Part shown: positions 19,896 to 29,279 of the stretch, piece by piece
Layout: each line of letters opens with the position of its first letter
Position numbering within the stretch: position 1 is the first letter of the stretch
Assembly: GCA_050253335.1 (NCBI GenBank)
Contig: JBFWJG010000001.1
Coordinates: forward strand, 1 to 64,000
DNA from: Deferribacterales bacterium
Lineage (GTDB): Bacteria; Chrysiogenota; Deferribacteres; Deferribacterales; Geovibrionaceae
DNA length: 64,000 bases
Reading direction: 5' to 3'
The notes under the pieces: model-generated
The model's database searches: none
What the model was told of the DNA's origin: nothing
The model's input: the letters and a program-made list of their open reading frames with translations, nothing else
Position numbers and translations under genes: made by a program

Positions 19896-20213
19896 ATGGA
19901 AAAAACCTTAGGCAGTCTGCTTAAATATATAGGCCTCACCGGTGTCTGGACGGTTATTCTCGGTCTGGCTGAGAGTGTTCTGGGGCTTGGCTCCGGATAT
20001 GTAAACAAGAGTATCGCCGGACATATAGCCGGTGCGTTCGCTCTGAACGGCGCAGATACCGTAATGACGGGAATATGGATTGTGATGGCGGCTCCCGCCG
20101 CGGGGATACTCTACGTGCTTGTGCAAGGTCTCAGAAGCAGGAATTACAGGCTTGCCGCCATGTGTTTTATAATAACTGCCATGCTCTGCGTGGTTATGAT
20201 TGCGGGGGAATAG
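19896..20213 (+). CDS. Small membrane protein, DUF1634-like (TauE partner)
   Basis: 3 hydrophobic segments, GIWIVMAAP; position directly after TauE gene. Confidence 0.6.
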   Translation: MEKTLGSLLKYIGLTGVWTVILGLAESVLGLGSGYVNKSIAGHIAGAFALNGADTVMTGIWIVMAAPAAGILYVLVQGLRSRNYRLAAMCFIITAMLCVVMIAGE

Positions 20214-20216
20214 GTC

Positions 20217-20999
20217 ATGGGATGTTTTGCTCAGTCAGTTTCAGGCAGAGCGGCAATTATCACGCTTCATAAGAAATGCACTGATCCGCAGGCTCTCTGC
20301 CGTGTTCTGGAAGAGGCAGAGGCGGACAGAAATGTTGACTTCATCCGCCTGAAAGGAACAGACGGAAGCTTCTCCATAGGGCGTTCGGTGAGCGAACTCG
20401 GCTCTTTCGGCGAGAAGGAGGCAAGGGTTTATGCCGAACGCGGGCAAAGACTTGTGAAAACCATGCGCGGTCTGAAAAAACTCATAATAGCAGAGGTGGA
20501 TGGAGAGGCCTTCGGCCCCGGGTTTGAGATTGCTCTCGCCTCTGATCTGATATTCGCTACATCATCATCAAAGTTCGCATTCCCTGAGGTTAATCTGGGG
20601 ATTATTCCCGGTTTCGGCGGAACACAGCTTGCCGCCCGCAAGGTTTATGAGACATTTGTGAAATACCTTGTTTTCACGGGTGATGCCGTCACAGCGGAGG
20701 AGATGTACGCAAAAGGCATAATCAACGCTGTTTTTGCCGATGCCGCCCTTATGTATTCCCATGTTGATTCTCTCTGCGCAAACCTTTCGGAGAAAAGCAA
20801 TTTTATCCTCGGTCTGGCTAAGGAGACTGTGAACTCCGGAATCGAGATGGATTTTGACAAGGCGCTCCTGTTCGAGCAGAACGCATTCACCTTCTCATTC
20901 TCCTGCGAGGATAAGAGGGAGGGGATGGGCGCCTTCATCGAAAAACGCAAGCCTGTTTTCAGAAACCGCTGGGAAGACCTGAGATTTGAGGAGGAGTGA
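20217..20999 (+). CDS. Enoyl-CoA hydratase/isomerase family protein
   Basis: IIAEVDGEAFGPGFE, FPEVNLGIIPGFGGTQ, EDKREGMGAFIEKRKPVF. Confidence 0.88.
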   Translation: MGCFAQSVSGRAAIITLHKKCTDPQALCRVLEEAEADRNVDFIRLKGTDGSFSIGRSVSELGSFGEKEARVYAERGQRLVKTMRGLKKLIIAEVDGEAFGPGFEIALASDLIFATSSSKFAFPEVNLGIIPGFGGTQLAARKVYETFVKYLVFTGDAVTAEEMYAKGIINAVFADAALMYSHVDSLCANLSEKSNFILGLAKETVNSGIEMDFDKALLFEQNAFTFSFSCEDKREGMGAFIEKRKPVFRNRWEDLRFEEE

Positions 21000-21646
21000 T
21001 GATAAGCCTCAGCCTGAAGGATTTAACGGCAACTCTTAAGCTCACCCCGCCGGAGGGCAGGTTCACCCTGCTTGACGCACCTGCCATAAAGAAAATAATC
21101 AGAACACTTAACGAGGCATCGCAGACTCCTGCGAAGGTAATCCGCATTCAGGGCGGTTCAGGCTGTTTTGCCGTGGGGGCTGATCTCAAGACAATGTATG
21201 ACTATGACGGCTTCACCGCGAAGGGCTTTTCCATGCTGGGGAACTCCTTGTTTAACCTGATGCGCACCGTTCCGCAGGTCATAATCGCTGAGGTGGACGG
21301 CTACTGCATGGGGGGCGGGATGGACTTTGCCGCCGCCTGCGATTTCCGGCTGGCCACCGCAGAAAGCGTGTTCGCACACCCGGGAACAAAACTGGGCATA
21401 ATCACAGGCTTCGGCGGAACACAGGCTATCCCCAGAATAATGAAGCCCGCCGCATCTGCTGAGTTCTTTTACACAGGGAAGATGTTCCGCGCGGAGGAGA
21501 TGAAGCGGGGCGGTTTTCTCACGGAGTGTTTCTCATCGTCAGCGGATATGGATTCCTATGCCTCGCACCTGAGTTCGAAAATTGCGGCGAAGGACAGGGA
21601 ACTTCTCAGCCGCATGAAAAAAGACTTTTTTCACAAAGGATTATAA
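20996..21646 (+). CDS. Enoyl-CoA hydratase/isomerase family protein (atypical, short)
   Basis: FAVGADL, IIAEVDGYCMGGGMD, HPGTKLGIITGFGGTQ. Confidence 0.85.
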   Translation: MMISLSLKDLTATLKLTPPEGRFTLLDAPAIKKIIRTLNEASQTPAKVIRIQGGSGCFAVGADLKTMYDYDGFTAKGFSMLGNSLFNLMRTVPQVIIAEVDGYCMGGGMDFAAACDFRLATAESVFAHPGTKLGIITGFGGTQAIPRIMKPAASAEFFYTGKMFRAEEMKRGGFLTECFSSSADMDSYASHLSSKIAAKDRELLSRMKKDFFHKGL

Positions 21647-21683
21647 GTTTTATTATTTTTTTGTCATTTTTTGTAAAAAGCTC

Positions 21684-21710
21684 TCAAGTTTTTTCCGTTT
21701 TGGCCGATAA
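21684..21710 (+). promoter_or_regulatory. Sigma28 (FliA) promoter
   Basis: TCAAGTTT-N11-GCCGATAA vs consensus TAAAGTTT-N11-GCCGATAA. Confidence 0.8.
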
Positions 21711-21717
21711 GAAAGAA

Positions 21718-21768
21718 GCACGGATGCAATTTTTCTACAGGGATGTTGCCGTAGAGGTGCGTCCGTGC
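21718..21768 (+). promoter_or_regulatory. Structured leader with two CsrA/RsmA-type sites
   Basis: GC-ACGGAT-GC (21718-27), CTAC-AGGGAT-GT (21735-46); alternative long hairpin GCACGGATGCA/TGCGTCCGTGC. Confidence 0.6.
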
Positions 21769-21853
21769 GCAGAACCCCTTTCTTATCAGGTTGTTAAGGC
21801 CTTCGGAGAGTTCCCGCACAGTTTTTCGCACCCTGTTTTTCAGGGGGTCATGT

Positions 21854-22228
21854 ATGAAGATCGAACGCAGTAGCGCAGTTGAACAGCCGGTGAGCCGAAA
21901 TTCATCGGACGAGGTTACGAAGTTCCAGAATTCCGCAATTGCTGAAACCGTCAGCCGCATTGAGGATAAGCGCCGTATGCGCATTGCCGAATATGACGCT
22001 ATGGAATATCACAAGGAGCTCAGGATCAAGGATTTCAAAAGGATGGACAAGACAAAGCTTCTCCGTCTGGCGGAATACGGCGAAATAATGGAAGAGAGAG
22101 CCGAAGTTAAGCAGTTTCTTGTTAAGCTTGAGGAGAAGAAGGACGAGCGCCTGACCAAAGAATACAGGGAACAGCAGTATCTGACAGAGCTTTTCATGAA
22201 AGGGATGTATTTTGATACACTGGCCTGA
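21854..22228 (+). CDS. Hypothetical charged helical protein, probably flagellar regulon
   Basis: ATG with GGGGG SD; downstream of sigma28 promoter; MKI start, KGMYFDTLA end. Confidence 0.75.
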   Translation: MKIERSSAVEQPVSRNSSDEVTKFQNSAIAETVSRIEDKRRMRIAEYDAMEYHKELRIKDFKRMDKTKLLRLAEYGEIMEERAEVKQFLVKLEEKKDERLTKEYREQQYLTELFMKGMYFDTLA

Positions 22229-22298
22229 GGCCTTTTTTCTTGCGGGGTTTTAAAAGGGCTGTTATAACTCCCTCTATTCATAAGCAAAGGGAAGGAAC

Positions 22299-22982
22299 AT
22301 GATAATACACGGCAGAAACACGGTTGCTGAAGCGCTCAAACTCGGACTGGTAAAAAACTTATTTCTCCGCAAAGGCTCCACGTTCAGGGAGAAGCCTGCG
22401 GATATGGAAGCTGCGGAGTTCGGCAGAAAGGAGTTTGAACACCGCTTCGGTGACGAGGCGCAGGGAGTGGCCGCCGAAATAAACGATATAGAGCCCAAGG
22501 ATTTTGTCCGCCACAGAAAATCGATCAGCGGGCATGTGCTCATTCTGGACAGGATTCAGGATCCGCACAACTACGGAACAATAATCCGCGCCGCCAACTG
22601 CTTCGGCGTTAAGACAATAATAGTCGCCAGATACCATCAGGCTCCCATAACGGCGGCAGTATGCAAAGCCTCCAGCGGGACGCTTTTCCATGCAGACATT
22701 TATGAAACCACAAATATAAGCTCAGCGGCGGAGGATCTCCAGAGCATGGGATATAAGATATACGCAGCGGATATAGACGGCGACAAGGTGCTGAACGATG
22801 TGCAGTTCGCTGAGCAGTCGGCAGTGATCCTCGGCTCCGAGGGGAAGGGAATACGCCCCGGGGTTCTGGAAAAGGCCGATACCGCCTTCCGTATCCCCAT
22901 GTGCGGCGATATAGACTCTCTGAATGTTTCACAGAGCGCGGCCATAATCCTCCACGCCCTGTACAGCTCAAAGCTTACTTAA
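22299..22982 (+). CDS. rlmB: TrmH/SpoU family RNA 2'-O-methyltransferase (RlmB-like)
   Basis: IHGRNTVAEAL, LDRIQDPHNYGTIIR, LGSEGKG, IPMCGDIDSLNVS. Confidence 0.8.
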   Translation: MIIHGRNTVAEALKLGLVKNLFLRKGSTFREKPADMEAAEFGRKEFEHRFGDEAQGVAAEINDIEPKDFVRHRKSISGHVLILDRIQDPHNYGTIIRAANCFGVKTIIVARYHQAPITAAVCKASSGTLFHADIYETTNISSAAEDLQSMGYKIYAADIDGDKVLNDVQFAEQSAVILGSEGKGIRPGVLEKADTAFRIPMCGDIDSLNVSQSAAIILHALYSSKLT

Positions 22983-23490
22983 CGGATTCCTCAAGCTCAT
23001 CGAACGCGTTCCCTGCGCGTTCGTGGGACAGGGAGTATTTCAGCTTCTCAAGCCTCTCCTCCTGATAGCTGATCAGCTCATTCTTTTCAATGCACGCCTT
23101 GGAGAAGGCTGTCTGTATGTCTTTGTCATAGACAATGTTTCTGAATTTCATCGTCTTTGTTATGAACACCGGCAGTTCCGCATCCTTCATGAACGCTTTC
23201 ACGAATTCCTTTTCCTTGGGGTCTTTCAGCTCCCTGTAGTTGTCATACACCGCCACCTGAAGTATGCCGTCTATCTTTTCTGCCATGAGCGTGCTCGATC
23301 TGCCCCTGAGGGCATCCACGGCATTGTAGCCGCCTCGTTCATGGGCAAAGACGCATATCTCGCTGGAGGATTCCTTGTAGTACCATCCGGGCGCGCCTTC
23401 TATTTTCACAACGGGCGTCGCCATGACGTAATATTTGAAAAGATAAGTGGCAAGAGCCTTTGCCAGAGCCAGAGCAATTGATTCGAACAT
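22975..23490 (-). CDS. Hypothetical protein
   Basis: 171-aa ORF, coding-like composition, GGCGGTG SD-like upstream. Confidence 0.7.
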   Translation of the reverse strand: MFESIALALAKALATYLFKYYVMATPVVKIEGAPGWYYKESSSEICVFAHERGGYNAVDALRGRSSTLMAEKIDGILQVAVYDNYRELKDPKEKEFVKAFMKDAELPVFITKTMKFRNIVYDKDIQTAFSKACIEKNELISYQEERLEKLKYSLSHERAGNAFDELEESVK

Positions 23491-23571
23491 GGGCGCACCG
23501 CCTTTTAAAGATGTTTATGTCAGATTATACAGCGGAAAAGGGCGGACGGCAGGGTAATTTTACTTGAAATG

Positions 23572-23598
23572 AAAAAGCCTCCGTATTTTACGGAGGCT
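23572..23598 (-). terminator. Intrinsic terminator of ccm operon
   Basis: AGCCTCCGTA/TACGGAGGCT stem with A5 (U-tract on minus strand), 12 bp after ccmC stop. Confidence 0.8.
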
Positions 23599-23610
23599 CA
23601 GGGCGGTGAA

Positions 23611-24276
23611 TCAGGCCGCTCTTTCCAGAGCGTCGAATCTGCGTTTTGCCCTTGCGAGGCGAACTCTCTTAATCAGCAGGCTGAAATACAGCAGAGTGAA
23701 GATAAGGAGTGCACACAGCATGGCGTGGAGCATCATGGGGTGAAGTCCGCCGCCCCCTTTCTGGACTACGTTGGGGTGTATGGTATTTTTCCAGATGCGG
23801 ATTGAGAAGAAGACTATGGGCACGTCAATGAAGCCGATTATGCCCACTGCGGCGGCGAATCTGGCTCTTTTGCTGTCTTCGTCTATGAACTTTCTTAGCA
23901 TTATATAGCCGACATAGATGAACCAGAGGATCGCCGTTGTGGTGAGTCTGGGATCCCATGTCCACCATGCGCCCCATGCCGCCTTGCCCCAGATGGGCCC
24001 TGTGGTGAGGACAATTGTGCAGAAGAGCAGGCCTATCTCTGCGGAGCTTTCGGCAATATCGTCAAAGCGGAAGTCATCCTTAATCAGGTAGGCTATGCTG
24101 GCGCAGAAGGTTACGAAAAACGCGAAAAATGAAATCCACGCGGAAGCCACATGGAAGTAGAAAATCTTCTGGTTCGGGCCGAGGGATTTAGCCACCGGCG
24201 CATAGATAAACGCCATATAAAGCCCTACAGGAACAAGAACAATAAGGGCTGCGTCAAGGATTTTTTCTTTGCTCAT
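23611..24276 (-). CDS. ccmC: Heme exporter / cytochrome c maturation CcmC
   Basis: IFYFHV, WGAWWTWDPRLT (WWD), TIHP. Confidence 0.93.
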   Translation of the reverse strand: MSKEKILDAALIVLVPVGLYMAFIYAPVAKSLGPNQKIFYFHVASAWISFFAFFVTFCASIAYLIKDDFRFDDIAESSAEIGLLFCTIVLTTGPIWGKAAWGAWWTWDPRLTTTAILWFIYVGYIMLRKFIDEDSKRARFAAAVGIIGFIDVPIVFFSIRIWKNTIHPNVVQKGGGGLHPMMLHAMLCALLIFTLLYFSLLIKRVRLARAKRRFDALERAA

Positions 24277-24279
24277 AAT

Positions 24280-24957
24280 TTATTCCTCTACTATGAAGTC
24301 AAACACCGCAAACACAACGGCGGTGAAAATAATGTCGAAAAGAAGGAGAATTTTAAGCCATGGGTACGCAAGGGCGTGATCATGACCGAGAACGAAAATA
24401 TTAAGACTCTGCACAGAGGCAAGAATCACCGGAACAAGTATCGGCAGAAGCAGAAGAGGAAGCATGACCTCCCTTGTTCTGGTGTTTACGGAAATTAGCG
24501 AGAACAGAGTTCCGAGCACTGCGAATCCGTATGTGCCGAGGAAGAAGACCGCAGCCGTCAGCGCTCCGCCCGCGAATATGTTGACATTGTAAAGCACTGT
24601 GAAAATAGGAATGGTGATTATCTCCACCAGAGCCATGAACGTGAAGTTGCTTATGACTTTGCCGAAAAAAACCGAACTCGGGTCAACGGGTGAGAGCAGA
24701 AGAGCCTGAAGGTTGCCCCCCTGAACCTCTGTCATCATTGACTTATTCAGCCCCAGTAGCCCCGCGAAAACGAAGCTCATCCACAGTATGCCGCCGACAA
24801 CCTCGTTCTTCATATCACTGCCGGGTTCAAAGATGAAGCTGAAAACCACAACCACAAGGAGCGAGAAGACAAGCATGGAGTTAACCACTTCCTTAGACTT
24901 GAACTCCTCAAGAATATCTTTTCTGAAAATGCAGAGAACAGTGTTGAAATAGCTCAT
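24280..24957 (-). CDS. ccmB: Heme exporter CcmB
   Basis: KDILEEF, FFGK, REVMLPLLLLPILVP; between ccmA and ccmC. Confidence 0.9.
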   Translation of the reverse strand: MSYFNTVLCIFRKDILEEFKSKEVVNSMLVFSLLVVVVFSFIFEPGSDMKNEVVGGILWMSFVFAGLLGLNKSMMTEVQGGNLQALLLSPVDPSSVFFGKVISNFTFMALVEIITIPIFTVLYNVNIFAGGALTAAVFFLGTYGFAVLGTLFSLISVNTRTREVMLPLLLLPILVPVILASVQSLNIFVLGHDHALAYPWLKILLLFDIIFTAVVFAVFDFIVEE

Positions 24958-24958
24958 C

Positions 24959-25666
24959 TCAGCTCACCGCCTGCATGTATATTTCCTCGAACTCTTTCTC
25001 CGGCACTTCTTCCTTCTTTTTGTCCAGAGTGAATTTGCCGCCTTTGACAACGACAATCCTTGAGGCAAGTTCATAGCCTCTGGGAAGGTTGTGGGTGACC
25101 ATCACAATGGTTTTTTTGAGGGAGAACTGTTCCTTGAGAATACCCGTGAGAACGAGGGATGCGTGCTGATCAAGCCCTGTGTAGGGTTCATCAAGCAGAA
25201 TAATATCGGGATCATGCATGAGCGCGCGGGCTATGGAAAGCCTCTGCAGCATACCCCTTGAGAATGTTCTGACCCTGTCATGCTTTCTTGAAAGGAGCTC
25301 CACTCTTTTCAGGAGAAAATCCGCCCGTGCGGAAACATCCTTTATTCCGTAGAGCCTCCCGTAAAAGACAAGATTTTCAAGCGCGCTCAGGTTTTCATAT
25401 AAAAATGGCTGGTGAGAGATAACCCCGAAATGCTTTCTGAAATCATCCTTCATTTTCTTTATGGGCGTGCCCTTAAAAAAAATATCACCCTCACTCGGTT
25501 TGGTGAGGGTGGAAAGGATTTTCAGAAGGGTTGACTTGCCTGCGCCGTTAGGACCGAACACGGACATGAAATCCCCTTCTGCAAGTTCGAAGGTCACACC
25601 TTTAAGCGCTTCGGTGTGACCGTATCTCTTTTTAACATTATCCAGCCTGAAAATTGGTTCAGGCAT
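24959..25666 (-). CDS. ccmA: Heme ABC exporter ATPase CcmA
   Basis: GPNGAGKST, FSRGMLQR, LLDEPYTGLD; ATG 25666. Confidence 0.88.
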   Translation of the reverse strand: MPEPIFRLDNVKKRYGHTEALKGVTFELAEGDFMSVFGPNGAGKSTLLKILSTLTKPSEGDIFFKGTPIKKMKDDFRKHFGVISHQPFLYENLSALENLVFYGRLYGIKDVSARADFLLKRVELLSRKHDRVRTFSRGMLQRLSIARALMHDPDIILLDEPYTGLDQHASLVLTGILKEQFSLKKTIVMVTHNLPRGYELASRIVVVKGGKFTLDKKKEEVPEKEFEEIYMQAVS

Positions 25667-27599
25667 TTTTTCTCCTGCCGGTAACAGTGTAGAAAGCGCC
25701 GATGCACATAATACCGCAGCCAATCCACAGCCAAACGAGAAGAGGCTCGTAAACCACCTGAATGCCTATGTAGTTTTCAGGTTTGGAGTAGCTGGCGAGT
25801 ATGAAGTAAAGGTCGCCTTTCAGTTTGGAGTAGATAGCAACCTCCGCCCATGCTTCCTCGCGTTTTTCGTAGAAGCGTCTTTCCGGAGCGACGGTAACTA
25901 TCTCCTTACCGTTTTCTGTTACTTTAACAGGAGCGTAAACAGATGTAAAGTTATGACCTTGATTTACGGTGAGTTCACCTACGTGCATTTCATACTTGCC
26001 GAAGGTGAAGCTTTCGCCGGGAGCCACAACGTGTTCGTCTTTAACATTGTAGAAGGATGAGGCGATTATTCCGTAAGCCATGATAACAACGCCGATGTGA
26101 ACCAGAAGACCGCCGTAATGTCTGCGCTGAGTAAGCATTACTTTGGGGCCGTTGTTTTTTACGGAGACTGCGATTCTTGTAATGATGGTTGCCAGTGAAA
26201 GAGTGGTCACACCGGTGAGTATAAGGGGGATGGGAAGAGTGTATCCCTTCACGTACATGATCACCATTGACGCAAGCGCAGCTATCACAGCGGGGATGAT
26301 CTTTTTATAGAAGCTTTCGCCTATCTCTTTGCCGTACTGAGCCATGGGGGCTATACCTGCAAAAAGGAGTATAAGTATGAAGAACGGCGTGGAAACCTTG
26401 TTGAAGTAGGGGATATTAACTGTAAGCTTGTTGCCCACCACTCCGAAAACGCCCATTACCGCATAGTAAGCCTGAGAGATCAGAGGCATAGTAGTTCCCA
26501 CAAGGACAACTATCATAAGCCCGAGGAAAAGCCAGTTTGCTATGAAGAACATACCTTCTCTGGACGAGAAGTGGAAGTCTTTCTCTTCGGGGTCTTTGTA
26601 GAGCTTGAGGTTGTTAAAAAGGACAATGGCGTATGCTATTGTGGAAACCACCATGAACACTACAAAGAAAGCGCCGAGGCTTGATTTTCCGAAGGAGTGT
26701 ACAGATTCTATAACGCCGCTTCTGGTGAGGAAGGTTCCGAATATACAAAGTATGAAGGATGTCATAAGAAGTGTATGAGTCCATACTTTCAGCTTGTTTC
26801 TCTGCTCGTATATAAGAGCGGAGTGAAGGTAAGCAGTGCCTGTTATCCAGGGGAGAAGAGAAGCATTTTCAACGGGATCCCATGCCCAGTAGCCGCCCCA
26901 GCCAAGCTCAACATATGCCCACTGGCCGCCGAGAACTATGCCTATAGTAAGGAAAACCCATGTGATGATCGCCCAGCCTCTGCTCTCTTTTACCCAGAGA
27001 TTGGAGCCGTCGTTTGTCATCATGGAAGCTACAGCGTGCCCGAGGGGAACTGTGAAGCCCGCATAGCCGATGAAGAGTGTAGGCGGATGGTATATCATGC
27101 CGGGGTTCTGGAGCAGGGGGTTCATACCCACGCCGTCCTGAGGCATGAAGCCGAGTTCCGAAAAGGGGTTGGTCACGAAACAGGTAAGTATAAGGAAGAA
27201 GGAGGATGATACGCATATGACAAAGAGCACTGAGCTTTTGTATCTTGTATCGAGATCCCTGAGACGTATCATTTCAATTATGGCGAAAATAACAAGGAGA
27301 AGCCCCCAGAAAAGGAGCGAGCCCGCCTGCCCTGCCCAGAAAGCGCTGAGCTTATAAGCCATGGGGAGTGCAAGATCCGTATACTGCGCCACATATTCAA
27401 TTTTAAAATTGCTTGTGATAAGCGCAAGAAGAAGAACCAGAGAGGCAAGACCTATTGCCGCCGTCTGTGCTATGAGGAAATATCCTCCGATTTTATCGTA
27501 AATTTTGTTTTCGCTTCTCATCCCCGTTAAGTAGAAGTAAGAAGCACCTGCGCCCGCAATAAGCGCAAGGAGCATAAACAAAAACCCTGCTCCGCCCAC
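25659..27599 (-). CDS. ccmF: Cytochrome c heme lyase CcmF
   Basis: WAGQAGS, NPLLQ, HPP, WAYVELGWGGYWAWDPVEN, SVHSF; GTG start. Confidence 0.95.
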   Translation of the reverse strand: MGGAGFLFMLLALIAGAGASYFYLTGMRSENKIYDKIGGYFLIAQTAAIGLASLVLLLALITSNFKIEYVAQYTDLALPMAYKLSAFWAGQAGSLLFWGLLLVIFAIIEMIRLRDLDTRYKSSVLFVICVSSSFFLILTCFVTNPFSELGFMPQDGVGMNPLLQNPGMIYHPPTLFIGYAGFTVPLGHAVASMMTNDGSNLWVKESRGWAIITWVFLTIGIVLGGQWAYVELGWGGYWAWDPVENASLLPWITGTAYLHSALIYEQRNKLKVWTHTLLMTSFILCIFGTFLTRSGVIESVHSFGKSSLGAFFVVFMVVSTIAYAIVLFNNLKLYKDPEEKDFHFSSREGMFFIANWLFLGLMIVVLVGTTMPLISQAYYAVMGVFGVVGNKLTVNIPYFNKVSTPFFILILLFAGIAPMAQYGKEIGESFYKKIIPAVIAALASMVIMYVKGYTLPIPLILTGVTTLSLATIITRIAVSVKNNGPKVMLTQRRHYGGLLVHIGVVIMAYGIIASSFYNVKDEHVVAPGESFTFGKYEMHVGELTVNQGHNFTSVYAPVKVTENGKEIVTVAPERRFYEKREEAWAEVAIYSKLKGDLYFILASYSKPENYIGIQVVYEPLLVWLWIGCGIMCIGAFYTVTGRRKNA

Positions 27600-27751
27600 T
27601 GTTCACCTCGAAAATTTAAGATTTGCAAAACATCACCGTGAGTTCCGCCTTCTGCGGCGAAACCCGCCTGCCGTAACAAATTTTGCATAGTATACTAAGT
27701 TGATATGGAATTGTATAAAAAGTTCTTTAAAGGATCGTTAAATTATAAGAA

Positions 27752-28174
27752 TTATCCTTTAGCTGCCTCTTCCTCAGGGTCTACCTCGTATTTAGAGGGA
27801 CATTTTGTAAGAAGGGTTTTAGCAATAAACTTTTTATTTTCAATGTCGTAGTTGCCTTCAATGATGACGTGGATTTCCTCTTTGAAGGTATCGGGGATTA
27901 TGCCCTTGTAATCAACGGTCATTACCGCGCCGCCCTCTTCAACATCCACAATATCAAAGACAAGGTGTCTTTCCTTTGTGTTTTTGGTGATTGTTCCGGG
28001 GATAACCTCACCGCTTACGCGCATCCCTTTCTGGTTGAGTTTTTCAGGGTTGTGAAGAACTTCGCCCACGGTGAGATAGTACACGCCTTCTGACTTGAAG
28101 CCGCTGAAAAGCATGAATGAAATGGCGATTACAACAACAGCAGTGGCAACGAGAAACTTCTTGTTTTTGTTCAT
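27752..28174 (-). CDS. ccmE: Heme chaperone CcmE (CxxxY variant)
   Basis: N-terminal TM, YYLTV, YKGIIPDTF, LLTKCPSKY. Confidence 0.9.
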   Translation of the reverse strand: MNKNKKFLVATAVVVIAISFMLFSGFKSEGVYYLTVGEVLHNPEKLNQKGMRVSGEVIPGTITKNTKERHLVFDIVDVEEGGAVMTVDYKGIIPDTFKEEIHVIIEGNYDIENKKFIAKTLLTKCPSKYEVDPEEEAAKG

Positions 28175-28394
28175 TGGCTGACTCCGTAACGTCTTGACTT
28201 TGATTTTTATAATGTACATAATCCGACCGTTGATCAAGGAAAAAGTTTTGTAAAAGATATTAATAAATCCAAGTTTTAAAAGGTTTTGAGTATTGTTTTA
28301 ACGCAATATCTGAATATAATATATGCCTTGCAGGGAACATTTCCGCAGCATGTCTGTCTTAAACCTGTGAAAAAAACAGTATAAGGTAGTTATT

Positions 28395-29135
28395 ATGAAT
28401 GAAATAGGATTTATCACGGCTTTCACCGCGGGTGTGCTTTCTTTTCTCTCCCCCTGCGTGCTCCCCCTTCTCCCCGCTTATCTGTCTTTTATATCCGGCG
28501 AGACCATAGACACCCTCACATCCGGCGAATCGAAAAAAGCCAGAGCTAAGGCTGTTCTGGGCGCTGTCTTTTTCGGACTGGGCTTTCTTCTTGTATTCGT
28601 GATTCTCGGAGCGAGCGCCACAGCGGTCGGCAAGGCGCTGGCACAGCATAAAATGCTCCTCGGGCGCATAGCCGGAGTGCTTATCATTGTGCTTGGCCTG
28701 CATATGTCAGGAGTTTTCCGCATAAACAGGCTTCTTGTTCAGAAAAAGTGGAATTATCAGCGCAGATCCGGCGCGCCGTTTCTTGTTCAGGCGTTTTTTC
28801 TCGGCATCGCCCTCGTTCTCGGCTGGTCGCCCTGTCTCGGGCCGGTGATAGCCGCCATATTCGCCATGGCTTCACAGCAGGAGACAGTGGGGCAGGGGAT
28901 AGGCCTGCTTGTGACATTCGGTTTCGGGCTTTGGATTCCGTTTCTGCTTGCGGCTCTTGCGGTCGGGCATGTTATCTCAGGCATGAAGAAGGCGGGCAGA
29001 GTGGTGATGGTTGTGGAGAAAATATCAGGCGCTCTTCTTATCGTTATCGGTCTTCTCATGGCAACAAACAGCATGAGCACGATGAGCGCTTATCTTGTAA
29101 GGTGGTTTCCTTTCCTCGGCAGCATAAACTTTTAG
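28395..29135 (+). CDS. ccdA: Cytochrome c biogenesis CcdA (DsbD beta domain)
   Basis: SFLSPCVLPLLPAY and WSPCLGP. Confidence 0.92.
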   Translation: MNEIGFITAFTAGVLSFLSPCVLPLLPAYLSFISGETIDTLTSGESKKARAKAVLGAVFFGLGFLLVFVILGASATAVGKALAQHKMLLGRIAGVLIIVLGLHMSGVFRINRLLVQKKWNYQRRSGAPFLVQAFFLGIALVLGWSPCLGPVIAAIFAMASQQETVGQGIGLLVTFGFGLWIPFLLAALAVGHVISGMKKAGRVVMVVEKISGALLIVIGLLMATNSMSTMSAYLVRWFPFLGSINF

Positions 29136-29279
29136 GTGCTTTTAGGCGATTTTATCCTTTTTTTGGAGCCGGATTTATAATAATATATTCTGCTTTTTTT
29201 GACTTGCCCGTTTTTATGCGGGCGCGCGAAGCGGTCTGAAAGATAAAAAAATTTATATTTATAAAGGAGCATTTTCGGT

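Noticed and set aside
21724..21873. Possible 49-aa leader ORF after the sigma28 promoter
   Set aside because: No SD, ATG buried in the CsrA-site hairpin, no protein-like features; cannot be supported without Ribo-seq
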